Assembly: GCF_009914755.1 (NCBI RefSeq) | Contig: NC_060947.1 | Source of the DNA: the human T2T-CHM13v2.0 reference genome, Homo sapiens | Direction: 5' to 3' (one strand) | DNA: 64,000 nt | Part shown: positions 28,529-42,389 of the stretch, one piece after another | Position numbering within the stretch: the stretch's first letter is position 1 | Layout of the letters: every line of letters starts with the position of its first letter | Program-made: the position numbers and the translations under genes | Notes under the pieces: generated by a model | What the model was told of the DNA's origin: nothing | The model's database searches: none | Seen by the model: only the letters and a program-made list of their open reading frames with translations

Positions 28529-31411
28529 TGTAGGTGTGAAAAAGGAAAGCTTCCCCCTTCATCCTCTGAAGGCTTGCTGAAAATGAACTGACGAAAGGCA
28601 AATTAATAGGAAAAAAAGGCATAAAAAATGTATTTTAACATGTATAGAATGGGAGAATTTCAGGAGAATGATCACTCAACAACTCAATGGGGGTACAGAT
28701 GCTTGTACCTTTTTCTTTTTTTTTTTTTTTTTAATTTATTTTTTTATTGATAATTCTTGGGTGTTTCTCACAGAGGGGGATTTGGCAGGGTCATGGGACA
28801 ATAGTGGAGGGAAGGTCAGCAGATAAACAAGTGAACAAAGGTCTCTGGTTTTCCTAGGCAGAGGACCCTGCGGCCTTCCGCAGTGTTTGTGTCCCTGATT
28901 ACTTGAGATTAGGGATTGGTGATGACTCTTAACGAGCATGCTGCCTTCAAGCATCTGTTTAACAAAGCACATCTTGCACCGCCCTTAATCCATTTAACCC
29001 TGAGTGGACACAGCACATGTTTCAGAGAGCACGGGGTTGGGGGTAAGGTCACAGATCAACAGGATCCCAAGGCAGAGGAATTTTTCTTAGTGCAGAACAA
29101 AATGAAAAGTCTCCCATGTCTACTTCTTTCTACACAGACACGGCAACCATCCGATTTCTCAATCTTTTCCCCACCTTTCCCGCCTTTCTATTCCACAAAG
29201 CCGCCATAGTCATCCTGGGCCGTTCTCAATGAGCTGTTGGGCACACCTCCCAGACGGGGTGGTGGCCGGGCAGAGGGGCTCCTCACTTCCCAGTAGGGGC
29301 GGCCGGGCAGAGGCGCCCCTCACCTCCTGGGCGGGGCGGCTGGCCGGGCGGGGGGCTGACCCCCCCACCTCCCTCCCGGACGGGGCGGCTGGCCAGTCGG
29401 GGGGCTGACCCCCCACCTCCCTCCCGGACGGGGCGGCTGGCCGGGCAGAGGGGCTCCTCACTTCCCAGTAGGGGCGGCCGGGCAGAGGCGCCCCTCACCT
29501 CCCGGACGGGGCGGCTGGCCGGGCAGGGGGGCTGACCCCCCCCACCTCCCTCCCGGACGGGGCGGCTGGCCGGGCGGGGGGCTGACCCCCCCACCTCCCT
29601 CCCGGACGGGGCAGCTGGCCGGGCAGAGGGGCTCCTCACTTCCCAGTAGGGGTGGCCGGGCAGAGGCGCCCCTCACCTCCCGGACGGGGCGGCTGGCCGG
29701 GCAGGGGGGCTGACCCCCCCCACCTCCCTCCCGGACGGGGCGGCTGGCCGGGCAGAGGGGCTCCTCACTTCCCAGTAGGGGCGGCCGGGCAGAGGCGCCC
29801 CTCACCTCCCGGACGGGGCGGCTGGCCGGGCAGGGGGGCTGACCCCCCCATCTCCCTCCCGGACGGGGTGGCTGGCCGGGCTGAGGGGCTCCTCACTTCC
29901 CAGTAGGGGCGGCCGGGCAGAGGCGCCCCTCACCTCCCGGACGGGGTGGCTGGCCGGGCAGGGGGCTGACCCCCCCACCTCCCTCCCAGATGGCACGGCT
30001 GGCCGGGCGGGGGGCTGACCCCCCACCTCCCTCCCGGATGGGGCGGCTGGCCGGGCGGGGGGCTGACCCCCCCCCACCTCCCTCCCGGACGGGGTGGCTG
30101 CCGGGCGGAGACGCTCCTCACTTCCCAGATGGGGTGGCTGCTGGGCGGAGAGGCTCCTCACTTCTCAGACGGGGCAGCTGCCGGGCGGAGGGGCTCCTCA
30201 CTTCTCAGACGGGGCAGCTGCCGGGCGGAGGGGCTCCTCACTTCTCAGACGGGGTGGTTGCCAGGCAGAGGGTCTCCTCACTTCTCAGACGGGGCGGCCG
30301 GGCAGAGACGCTCCTCACCTCCCAGACGGGGTCTCGGCCGGGCAGAGGCGCTCCTCACATCCCAGATGGGGCGGTGGGGCAGAGGCGCTCCCCACATCTC
30401 AGACGATGGGCGGCCGGGCAGAGATGCTCCTCACTTCCTAGATGTGATGGCGGCTGGGAAGAGGCGCTCCTCACTTCCTAGATGGGATGGCGGCCGGGCG
30501 GAGACGCTCCTCACTTCCCAGACTGGGCGGCCGGGCAGAGGGGCTCCTCACATCCCAGACGATGGGCGGCCAGGCAGAGACACTCCTCACTTCCCAGACG
30601 GGGTGGCGGCCGGGCAGAGGCTGCAATCTCGGCACTTTGGGAGGCCAAGGCAGGCGGCTGGGAGGTGGAGGTTGTAGTGAGCCGAGATCACGCCACTGCA
30701 CTCCAGCCTGGGCACCATTGAGCACTGAGTGAACGAGACTCCGTCTGCAATCCCGGCACCTTGGGAGGCCGAGGTTGGCGGATCACTCGCGGTTAGGGGC
30801 TGGAGACCGGCCCGGCCAACACAGCGAAACCCCGTCTCCACCAAAACCAGTCAGGCGTGGCGGCGCGTGCCTGCAATCGCAGGCACTCGGCAGGCTGAGG
30901 CAGGAGAATCAGGCAGGGAGGTTGCAGTGAGCCGAGATGGCAGCAGTACAGTCCAGCTTCGGCTCCGCATGAGAGGGAGACCGTGGGGAGAGGGAGACGG
31001 AGACGGAGACGGAGAGGGAGGGAGAGGGAGAGGGAGAGGGAGAGGGAGAGGGAGAGCAGAAACTTTTCAATTTAATCACTTCTACTACCCTAGTCTCTCT
31101 CCAGATGCTTGTACCTTTTTCATAGGGGAAGGGAAGTGGGGGAAATGTGGCAATTTGAGGGATAGTAAGTGATTTTTAGGGAGAAATGAATAGGCCTAAT
31201 GCTAAGACAATGGTAAGCAAATAATTTTCTTTGGAAATTGAGTGGGATAGAGAGTAGACAAAGGTTTGGGATGAAGTTTTTCTGGGGTTTTAGATGTGAT
31301 GTTGACGTTTTAGTCTCTTTAGGTCCAGTAGCAAGGGGAGGTCAGAGAGATTTTGAGGCTGTTTAGTTCAGCTGTATTTCAGAGTGAGGTGAAATATTCT
31401 GGTTTCCTTCA
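28529..31411. mobile_element. ERV1-type LTR (MER31/MER67-like) split by the SVA; arms about 28529-28715 and 31102-31411
   Basis: Resembles the LTR at 58868 ('aactgac...ag', 'gatgcttgtacc' vs 'gagcttatacacc', end 'tttccttca'); sits within an L1M ORF2 fragment. Confidence 0.5.
28716..31056 (-). mobile_element. Full-length SVA retrotransposon (young, SVA_D/E/F-like)
   Basis: On + strand: poly(T), SINE-R (about 28740-29240), GC-rich VNTR (about 29250-30620), Alu-like domain (about 30620-30985), (GGGAGA)n hexamer to 31056; TSD cagatgcttgtacctttttc at 28696-28715 and 31102-31121. Confidence 0.97.
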
Positions 31412-31894
31412 TAACAATGCAATTTTTATTAGAAAGTGACAAAATGAGTCTAAAGAACATTTTGGAAAAATAAAGAGAAAATAAGCCACAAAGACCTAAA
31501 AAGAAGAGTATGAGGGGGGTGAAGTTGCTATGCCAGATATTAAAACATACTGAAACACTCTAATAATTAAAAGTGTGATACCAGCTCCAGAATATCCATA
31601 GAACTTTAAAAACCCAACTATATGTGCATGTGTTTATATTTTTTAATTTAGAAAAGATTGCAATTCAACTCAATTAGGAAAGTATGGATTATTCAACAAG
31701 TGATATTAAGCCAGATGTTTAACATTGAGAAAAAATTCAGTTAACAAAATTAATTATAAATGTATTAAAGACAAAAAGTTTAAAAGTGAAGACATAAAAG
31801 TAAGAATAGAATATATAATATAATATAAGATAATATAGAAAATAATATATGCTTGTGGTGGAGAATAACTTTCAAAACATGACATCAATGGCTT

Positions 31895-32072
31895 ATACCA
31901 GAGATTCACTGCTGAATTTAGAATGTAGCCATGCTCATTCATTGACATATTGTCTATTGCTGTTTTTGACCTACAAAAACAGCATTGAGTAGTTGCAACA
32001 GAGACCATTAAGCTGGCAAAGCCTAAAATAGGTATTTTCTGACCCTTTACAGAAGAAGTTTGCTGACACCTG
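31895..32072 (-). mobile_element. MER58-like hAT MITE fragment
   Basis: 'ttgagtagttgcaacagagacc...gaccctttacagaagaagtttgctgacacctg'. Confidence 0.7.
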
Positions 32073-32365
32073 TCATAAACCATACAATAATTTTATGTGG
32101 TCAAATCTAAAAACCTTAGCACAGAAAGTAACATTGTAAGCAACAAGGAACTGGGAAGAATATTTGTAGTATATGTGGCATAAAATGGTTGCAATATATA
32201 TGTTATATATATAAACAGCTTTTACAAAAAACTAAGAAAAGTTGTACACTAGTAGAAAAATGGTCAAAATACAGAAACAGGCAATGCACAGCATAGGTAT
32301 GATAAATAGCCAGTAAACCCATGTTTAAAGGAATGTATTCAAAAAATACCACAAACAGATATTAG

Positions 32366-32700
32366 CAGGGGCTCCCAGCCCCTTGGCTGTGGACTAGTAC
32401 TGTCTGTGGTCTGTTAAGAACTAGGCTGCACAGCATGAGGTGAGGAGCAGGTGAACATTACCGCCTGAGCTCCACCTCCTATCAGATTAGCAGCGGCATT
32501 AGATTCTCACAGGAATGTGAACCTATTGTGAACTGCATATATGAGGGATCTAGGTTGCATGCTCCTTATGAGAATCTAATACCTGATGATCTGAGGTGGA
32601 ACAGTTGCATCCTGAAACCATCACTCCTCCTCCCCCTGTTTGTGGAAAAATTGTGTTCCCTGAAACTGGTCTTTGGCGCCAAAAAGGTTGGGGACCACTG
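32366..32700 (+). mobile_element. MER1B (hAT-Charlie DNA transposon)
   Basis: Termini cagggg...ggggaccactg; perfect 8-bp TSD gatattag at 32358-32365 and 32701-32708. Confidence 0.92.
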
Positions 32701-32807
32701 GATATTAGGAAACCAAAAGAAGAAAAATACTCAATGTGGGCCAAAATATGGAAAAACAGAGTCTCATGAGCTTTTGGTGGGTGTGAAAACTGAAGAGGAA
32801 TTGGTAG

Positions 32808-33141
<334 letters not shown>

Positions 33142-35429
33142 GTATATACCTTTTGATAAAGCAACTCCACTACAAGGATTTACTCTAAGTAAGTAGCTAA
33201 GGAGTGGTACAATGATTAAGTTCCAAGGATGTTCATTACAGGATTGTATATAATGGTAAAACATTGGAAGCAAATTTAAATATAGAAGCATATGGCATTT
33301 TTTAAGTAAATTATCAACTCATGGGATAAAATTTTCTAAGCTATTGAGATTATGTTGTTGGACTCTTTTTTTTTTTTAAAAAAAAAAAAGCACAAATGTT
33401 CAGAATATATTCCTGAGAATAGAAGCTAGGTCAAAAAACAACGAATACTTTGTAATTGCATTTTTGAAAAGAAATTCACATAAGAATTTTTGGCAAACAT
33501 TGGTTAATATTAGTTATAGCTGCCTTGTGGGATAACAGATGACTTTTATTTTCTCCTCTTTGCTTATTCATATGTAAGTGTTTTATTGAACTGTCTCATC
33601 CCTGTGGGGTATGAAGAGGAAATGGTTTTATTTTTCTCCATTCTAAGCTCTCACTCCCACAACTGTGCCATATGAAAAATCCCTCCCTGCTGGCTCACAG
33701 ACTCCTTAAGGACATCTTAGGATGATTCCTTAACTTTGCTTTTTGGATATTAAAAATCTGTCCATTTCATTTACCCTTCAGAACTTTTCTCTTTCCCCAG
33801 GGCCTGAGAGGTTTGTGGCTTGAGGGGCGTGAAGTGAATATGGTTTGTGGTGAGCTCCTCTGGGATGCTCTTTCTCTGCCCCTTGCTCTTCCTGCTACTT
33901 ATCTGGTATGGGCAAAGGAAAGGAGGCGGAATTAGGGGAAAGAGCCAGTTACTTAGCTGGGCTCCCTTGCAATCTGCTTTTGGTCATTGCTCCTTCTCTG
34001 ACAGGTCCTAAGTGCCCTCCTTTTGAGGAGGTCAAAACCCCTGCTCTCCTAAGGGGCGATGAGATGTGTACCATTTGCCTCTTTTTTTATCTGTTCCAAC
34101 TCCTGCTTTCTCTCCAGGCCTGCTCAACCACTAGGCTTCTGGGGTGGGGACATCTGCAAAACTTGCTCAGCTTTGCTTCCTTTGCAGCCATTCTCATGAC
34201 ACATGCAAAACTCAGTCATGAATGGCAAACCAAACTTGGGAAGTGCAAGCTGCTTCACAGTAGCTCTGCTGTCTCTTCCACTGCTCTTCCCTGCTCAGCA
34301 GGGCACAAGGATGGATCAGTAAGTCCTCTCCCTACTTAGATTTCAAGACAGGACCTGGTACCAGTCTCCACCTCTTCCAGGGAAAGCCAATGTTACTACT
34401 GGTGATTCCCTTAGAGCCTCTCCTCTGGCTTGACTTTCTTCATATTTGGTTAGCTTTGACAAAAGGAAGTGCTCCGGTCCATTGAAGGGTAGGGAGGAGA
34501 GAGAAGGGAATTCAACAGCCCTCCTCACTTCTACAATGAGCTAGGACTCCAGAAATGTCCCCCTTTTTCCTCTCCCTGTCCCCTCTTATAAATCAGGGAT
34601 TATGGAATGATGAAAATCCTAGTGGGATTTTTTTCTTTGAATATTTTAGGAAGTTCTTTGTGAAGAATGCACTGATGAATAATGTTATAAAATGTGAAAA
34701 TTTGAAGTTATTTGAATGTTTTTTGAAATATTTCCAACTGCCCACACATTATAAAATGTGTGGGCAGTTGGAAAGACTTGCTTGACCAGATCTCAAACAC
34801 ATTATACAATTACAGCATAATTATGACCAAAAATGTTGAATGATCAATTTTTAAGAGAACACATAGCCCTCGAACAGATTCTAGCATATGGAAGACCTTA
34901 GTGCGTGCTAAAGGAAATATCAGACTAATGAGAAGGGATGACATATTCAACAAAAGTGCTGAGAAAATTATCTTGGAAAAAATATTATGTTACATTCTCG
35001 TACACCAACATAAATTTCAGATGCATTTAGAATTTAAAATGTAAGCATGAAAATTCTGGAGGATAAAATAGGTAGTTGTAGAACTGATCTTAAATTGAGT
35101 AAACTATTTCTCAGCCCCAAAGCAGTGGAAAAAGATACAAAGAAAAATATGATCATTTTCTGAAAAGTAAACATATGCAAGTATGTTATGGGTCTATTGA
35201 AAACTCCATCTAAATAGAAGCAAGTGAGATATGTCAAATCCATTCTAGTATAACAGGACAGACAACAGGCTAGTATATTTAACACATAAATATACTACCA
35301 GTCAGCAGTCAAAGCACTAATGTCTTCATAGAAAAATGGGCCAACACAGAAATAGAAAGGAAAGTTGTATTCATGACCCCAAACGATATCAAAAACATAT
35401 CTGACCTCCCTAGTAATAAAATACTGCAA

Positions 35430-35746
35430 GCTGGGCACAGCGGCTCATACCTCTAATCCCAGCACTTTGGGAGGCTGAGGTAGGAGGATTGCTTGAGGCC
35501 AGGAGTTTGAGGCCAGTCTGAGCAACATAACAAGACCCAATATCTATAGAAAATTAAAAAATTAGCTGGGCGTCGTGGTGTGCACTTGTCCCAGCTATTC
35601 TGGAGGCTGAGGTGGGAGGATCACTTGAAGCCAGGAGGTGGGAGGATCACTTGAAGCCAGGAGTTGGAGGCTGCAGTGAGCTATGATCATGCCACCACAC
35701 TCTGGGCAATGGCGCGATACCCTGTCTCTACAAATAAATACATACA
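35430..35746 (+). mobile_element. AluJ with internal 26-bp tandem duplication
   Basis: J-type 'ggaggattgcttgaggccaggagtt'; TSD taaaata(c/a)tgcaa at 35417-35429 and 35747-35759. Confidence 0.88.
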
Positions 35747-36052
35747 TAAAATAATGCAAACCCAAGCAACAATAAAATACCTTTTCACCTATAAAATAAG
35801 AGATTTTAAATATGTGCAAGACGATAACAGAACAGTGAGGTGATCATTTTTATCCACAGCAGATGAGAGAGTAAATTGCCCTAACTTTTAGGTATGCACT
35901 TGAGCATAAAGTAAACAGAGCCTTAAAACTCCTAATCCTCTTCCACTTAGTTATTGCACTCCTAGCAATCTATCTCAAGGGATGAACTGAATGTTCAACA
36001 CAATTTATGCACAAGAATATTAATCATATATTTATAATCATCAAAAGTTGAA

Positions 36053-36465
36053 CAGAAAGACAAATGTTGCATGTTCTCACTTATTTGTGGGAATTAAAAG
36101 TCAAAACAATTGAACTCATGGAGGTAGGGAGTAGAGGATGGTTACCACAAGCTGAGAAGGGTAGTGGGGTGTGGGGAGTGGGGATTGTTAATGGATACAA
36201 AAACATAGTTATATAGAATAAATAAGGTCTAGTATTTGATAGCATAACAGGGTGGGGATATAGTCAATAATAATTTAATTGTACATTTCAAATAACTACA
36301 ACAGTATAATTGGATTGTTTATAACACAAAGGATAAATGCTTGAGGAGATGGATACTCCATTTACCCTGATGTGATTATTACATATTGTATGCCTGCATC
36401 AAAATATCCCATATGCTCCATAAGTATATGTACCTACTATGTACTCACAAAAAATTAAAAATTAA
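36053..36465 (+). mobile_element. L1MA2/3-like 3' end, 5'-truncated
   Basis: 'cagaaagacaaatgttgcatgttctcacttatttgtggg...' to A-tail; TSD aaaagttgaa at 36043-36052 and 36466-36475. Confidence 0.85.
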
Positions 36466-37974
36466 AAAAGTTGAAAATAAACTATTATATTTTTATTGGG
36501 CATTCAAAAAATGCATTACAATGTCTTTATTGGATGGTTTTGGTACCTGTGAGATATGCCAAATATTCCATGTGTTGGAGAATTTTAATTGACATGGCCA
36601 AGTGCTTATGTGAAAAAAAGCTAACTACAAAACTATTTATAGCATGACTGATTTTTTTTTCAAATCTCAGAAACATGGCTTTGATCATTTTAGTGCTCAT
36701 GCCTGTTAGATTGTGCTTTTTTCATATAGACAGAGAGAACCTTCCCAAGGCATGAGAATTTCAGCCCAAAAAGGAAACAGAAGGGATTCAGTCCTATATT
36801 CCAGTTATAGCAGTCATCCCTGTCCTCTTCACTCTCCTTTCTCAGTGCATCCTCTGTCAAAATTTTTAAAATTGTACTAGATTCAAATATTCAATTTCTA
36901 TTTTCTTAATTATATTTCTAAATATTTGTTTTTCTTATATTGTTGACATTTTAAGAAAACAGCTTAATTGAGGGATAATTGACATGCAATAAACTGCATG
37001 TATTAAATGGTGCAATTTGGTACATTTTGACATATGTATATGCTTGTAAAACCATCACCATAATCAAGATAATGAACATAGCATGATTGGGATTTTATTA
37101 TAAGAACATATGGCTTGGAAAGAACTATGCCATAAAGCTCAGATTATTTATATTTAACAAATTTTATTTTACTCTTTTGAATGTGTTTTCAAAATTTTCT
37201 ATGATGCATATGTGTTACTTTTATGATCAGAAAAACTTTGAGGAAAAGTTAGTAACAGTGACTAAAGGTGGGTGGCAGAATGGCAGGTCAGGACTTGCTG
37301 CCTTATGGAAACCAAATAAAGAGAAATTCTTAGTGAGGAAGGCTCAAGACTTTGAAATCTCATGTATCAGACAATTAGGTTCCATCAGAAAGGGTCCAGC
37401 TCCATTTTTGTGGAAAACTGATAGAGGAGATTAAAAAAGAGAGAGTGAGTTAAGAAATGAATGGGCTTGGCAGAGTGGAAGAGGAGGGGCTGGGGCCCAG
37501 GTGACAAGATAAGCCTAGACCCTGAGGAGGGATACTTCCTCCCCTGAGACCAGAAGTAATGAAACTAGAGGGAAAAGAGAAGTCAGACAAAATTTTATAT
37601 TGGTGGGTGGAGAGTTAACAGCTACATCACAGCATCACTTTTGCTTATGGAGCAGGAGGCAAGGTTGTCTCCTACCAATAATTTGACTTAGATGTCATAA
37701 TGAAGGACATTGGTGCTTGCATTGAAGAACTGCCTGGTGGCAGAAGACCACCGTTTGAAATAGCCCCTATTTTCCTGTTTTGCTAAATTTTGTCAGTAGA
37801 TTGGGGCAGAAGAAAAGTGAGGTGTGGGATTAATTCAGTGTTGGAGTTGACAGAGAAGAAGGGGGTAAGTAAAGAATCAAAGAGTTAGGGACACAAGTTA
37901 GGTCAGGGGTACTTTATTATTGCAGGAGCAATTGCTGGGATATAAATTAGAAATATCTACTGTTAAAAAAGCAG

Positions 37975-37995
37975 TGTGTGTGTGTGTGTGTGTGT
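37975..37995. repeat. (TG)n microsatellite
   Basis: Visible run. Confidence 0.85.
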
Positions 37996-40115
37996 TTAAA
38001 AAATTAAAATTATCACTCTTATTACTGGAACATGGTTGATTTTGATCATATTTCAAGTTGGATTATCACATTCTCCTCCAGCTAATTGTTCACCCAATAT
38101 CATTTAGTTGGCATTTTCTAAACACTCCCTGTGCTAATTCATTCCATCATTACAATATAGCAGTTAAATCAGCTCCCTTGTTTTAAATGAAATGCCAGGA
38201 GTAGTACCTGCCCGAAGTAGACGTTCTACAAATATGTTTAATAGATGACCAAGTATTCCTGTGCATTTACAGTCACATATAAAACAGTGCATCATTAAAT
38301 AATGGCTTTGAGATTCTTTCAGATAGCCACGAATAAGACAATGTTAGCATTATCTGTAATAGATACTTGGGAGGAAAATAAATTTATCAGTATTCTAGGA
38401 TCTCTAAAATGGAAGAATAGCCTACCCAACCAAATCAATGGCAAATGTGGTATTGTCCTCAGTTCTACACAGATCAGATGACAGCTGCGAATGGATGTTA
38501 TCTAGTGAAAATTTCCCACCATATTATACTTGCTTGCTTCAGGCATCTTCATGTTTTATTAAAGTCACTAAATAAATTGTCATTTCCTTTCCTTGCTCTT
38601 GGAATGTTCTAAAGTTTCTGAGAGTCATTACTTTTCAGAGAGCACATGAAATTACAGAAGTTGTTTATCAGCACTAGGTATTTCCTTTGAGAGTTGAGCT
38701 TTAGGGATAGCATATATTTATTTCCACCAATCATGCAAGCTAAAGGAAATTGTCAAGAACTAATATTAAACAGCCCTAATAGATTTGCATTAACTCTAGA
38801 TCTAGTATTCACCAAAGATCATTTTCAGCAGTTTTTGTATGCTTCCTATCTCTGCCATTCTCATTTAAGCTATGTTCATAATTGAAGAGTCACTGTCTTG
38901 AATTTATATTTTGAAAGATGCCAGCCTGTTATATGGAGTATTCCAGTGCCTGAGTTTCAGATCTAAGCTTCGTCTTTTTTCCAGGAGGATCCTCATACAG
39001 TGGCTGGGTGAAGTGACTTTTGTTCTCTACTGCAAGTAGTGATGTCTCAGTGAAGGTACTGGAAACTTTCCATGCTTCAGTTTCCTCATCTATAAGATGG
39101 TAATAGTATGTCTGGCTTTATACAACAGAACTTTTCAGAGATTCAATATTTTTTTTAATGGGAGAACACTTTGAAAATAATTCAGGGCAAAACAAATACA
39201 GGAAATTTTTCCTCTTGTAAGAAGAATTCAACTCAATGCAAAGAAGGTTTTCCCTTCTGGAATGTTACCATTGGGATCCTGGCATCATTTCTCTCAGTAT
39301 TTTGATGAAGACTTCTGGTTGAACCACTCTTCCATCATTGTTTAGAATCCACTACACACTATTCATTTTTAGTCTCTTATAGGAGCTAAATATTGTCCCT
39401 CTCTGGATCTCATCCTGTGTACTTGGAGCAAGATGGCACCCAAGGCTCTGAGAGACCCATTTAAGACTCTTGAAAATTTGGTAGTTGGAACTCGGTAGTC
39501 TCTGCTGAAGGAGAAAAGCCATCCTTAGTTATTGAAGAATAGTTTTTATGTTTAATTTGATTTCATTCCTGATAACTTAATTGTTATACTGATTTGTTTA
39601 TAATGTTGAAATTACCTCTTAGCTCAGTCAGTAATGATTTATTTTGATATTACAAAAAGTCATTAAAGGTAAGATAATACTCCTTCTCCTATTACTTTGC
39701 TGCTTTTCTAAAGATAATTGCCTTAAGATTTATAGTTCTCCTATTCTTAAAATAAGAACATTTGTCCACACAAAACTATTTGCCTAGCTCTAATAAAATA
39801 TTATCCACATAGACTTTTTTCTGGAGAAAGAAGTATACTTGAATTCTGAACACTTTCACTATGGATTTAATCTCTACTGCAAACTACAAACATTATCAGT
39901 GTGAAGATAGGAAGTAGGTATAGTGGGATGAGTATTAGTAGCATTTAGTGCTTTGGGTTGGAATGACAGGAGTTTAGTTGCAATAGTTAGGACTTTGAAT
40001 GAGGATTTGCGTCTAAGTTTCTTTTCTTTTTTAAAGGCTGTTGGAAGAGTTTCTACCTAGATAAACCAAGAACAGAGTTATCACATTACCCCTGACTATT
40101 TGAGGTAGCAGATAC

Positions 40116-40570
40116 TGTTAGAGCCCCACCCATATCTCTTCAGCTTTAGGGATTTCATTGCATGCCAGCCCAATTTCAAATGCCAGCAATTGCATTTTTG
40201 CCTGAGGGCTTTCTCTGGGTGCTTGAGCCAATTCTACTCTTGCCCATAGCAGGCCAGAAGCACCAGGAAATTAATGCCACCTGAGAATAGCCTTCAATTA
40301 ATGGCTGATGAAAATAGCTGAATAAATTCCTCAGCCTTTTTGCTTCTGGGACAGTATAACACTGAGTTGTGTTCTATGCTGTTTCTCAGAGTTCTCCAGT
40401 GGGATTGAGTTCACATTGCCCTCAGTGGTAACTTCATGGTAATGCCTCTTTTATTGACCTTTCCTTCTCTGTCTCACTTCCTCACTCCTTTACTGGTGGT
40501 TTCTAGAATCACCTCCAAAAAAATCTACTTGCACTTAAATACTTGACTTACGGTTTGTGTCTGGGACAGT
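40116..40570 (+). mobile_element. ERVL LTR (LTR16/LTR33-like)
   Basis: 'gcctgagggctttctctggg', 'ttccttctctgtctcacttcctcactcc...ctacttgcacttaaatac'. Confidence 0.55.
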
Positions 40571-42389
40571 TGTGAATGTAGAACAGTTGGAAATCTAGAT
40601 TCTGTCCATACAAGTATGTTTAGGGAGGGAGGTTGACAGCTGTAGTCAGGATAGGGATAATGAAGGATGAAGAGTGAACTTACGGATTCACATCGTAGAA
40701 CTATTCGCAAGGGCTATGATGGCATCAGAGAGAAGGCTTTCTGCCCTTAACTAAAAGGGCAGGTGAACAAGTAACTCAGTTCGTGTGGCTGAGAGAGAAG
40801 CAAAGAGAGAGAAAGACGAAGAGAGAGAGAGAGAGGGAAGGAGGGGACTTGAGGGCCAGGGGCAGGAAGAGAACTTGACGTTGAGAGTGACATATGAGAG
40901 CATGGACACCAGAGTTCACAGGTGAGGAGTGATAACAGTGTTGCTTGTGGCAACGCAGTGCACAGTCCATTCTGATCAGCACAGTGGCAGTAAGAGCTTT
41001 TCTGAGATACCAGCATTCCCAGCACACACCACCCTTTTGTGGCTCTCCCTTCACTCACCCTACATTACCACCACCCCATAGGAGGCATGGCTAGGACTTG
41101 GTTGATACAGATTTCCATGCATCTCTCCCTAACTATGTTATTTAAAAAGCAAATGTGGATGGACCATTTCTGGTGAGAATAAGAAACCTGTAGGTAGTTA
41201 ATATTCCCAGTTCATGGTAGAGAGCAGCACTGTAAGAGGAGCAAGATGTTGTTTGACATTTAAAAATAGACCTAACTCTACCGATTAGTCTGTTCTGTCC
41301 ATGGTAACCTTATTCAATGTTATGGTAGTAATCGCTTCTGGAAAGCTTTGACATATTTTATAATTGAACTGCCAGGTTCACACTTAGCTATAATTCATTC
41401 ACAGATAAGTGTGTCTTGTTAACCAAATTATGTTGACTCCCTTGGAAGGCCAGTGTGAGGACTTTCCTGTTTCTTGTCTTCATGTGGTTTTATAGTCTCA
41501 TGACAGACCATTAGCATGATGAAAGATTGATTATTGTCTTGGGTACCAAACTGTAATTTGGCCCTATTTTCATTTTTCTTTTTCATCAACTGCAGAATCA
41601 TATGCATTTATCAAAATGGGTGTCATCTGTTTTGAAATTCATGAAGTTAGATTGCACACTTGTCAAACATTTTTTTTCTGGCATTGACAAAACATCAACA
41701 TCAAGCTTTACTTAAGTTATTTAGAAATAGAGATGTCCAGGTGAAAGAATGGTGGAATCAAAATGAAAGACTAGGGGCTGGAATGGCTCATTCATTCTAC
41801 CGACATTTTTTGAATGCATTCAGTGCACATGGCAAATTGCCAGGTGGTGAGCTGGAGTCTGTGAATGGTTGGAGAGACATGAAGCTGATTCATTCACTCA
41901 AAAACGTTTAGTGCCTACAGTGCTTGACACTGTACTAGGCACTGGGGAAACAGCAGTAACAAAACAGGCAAAGTCCCTTTCCTTACAGAGCTTATATTCT
42001 AGAGAGCTTATATAATATACAAGAAAGGGAATATTTAGTCCTTATCCTCAAAGATCTTACAATCTACTTGGAAAGATAAAGTAAATGTATTAAGTTAAAA
42101 TTACACAGCAATGCAAAAATGGGACAAATGAATAAAGAATGTGTTTTACATGTAGGTGGTTAAAGCAAGTGCAATAAAAGAATGACCCAACACTGCTCTG
42201 CCAGAAACTTGCTAGGACCTCAAGGAAGTCATTTAACTGCCCAAAACTGTTCCTGGAGCAGTGATTTAGGGGCAGTTTTGCTGCTGATTGGAGCCTTTGA
42301 CTATCCGTCTTGAAGGCCATTCACAATGAGCAATCTGGAAGAAAGGCAATCTCTGAATGCAACTTTAAAAACCTAAAGTGAATATCATA

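Noticed and set aside
29250-30620. Regular repeat array superficially like a CRISPR array
   Set aside because: It is the SVA VNTR: tandem units without unique spacers, no cas genes, primate DNA.
28736-31172. Dense cluster of overlapping 60-180 aa ORFs
   Set aside because: All lie in the SVA SINE-R/VNTR/Alu-like domains; GC-rich repeats lack stop codons and the peptides are repetitive.
33781-34339. Strong acceptor at 33800 followed by ORF 33908-34339
   Set aside because: No matching donor or homology; isolated acceptor-like sites are common (also at 17971 and 50242).
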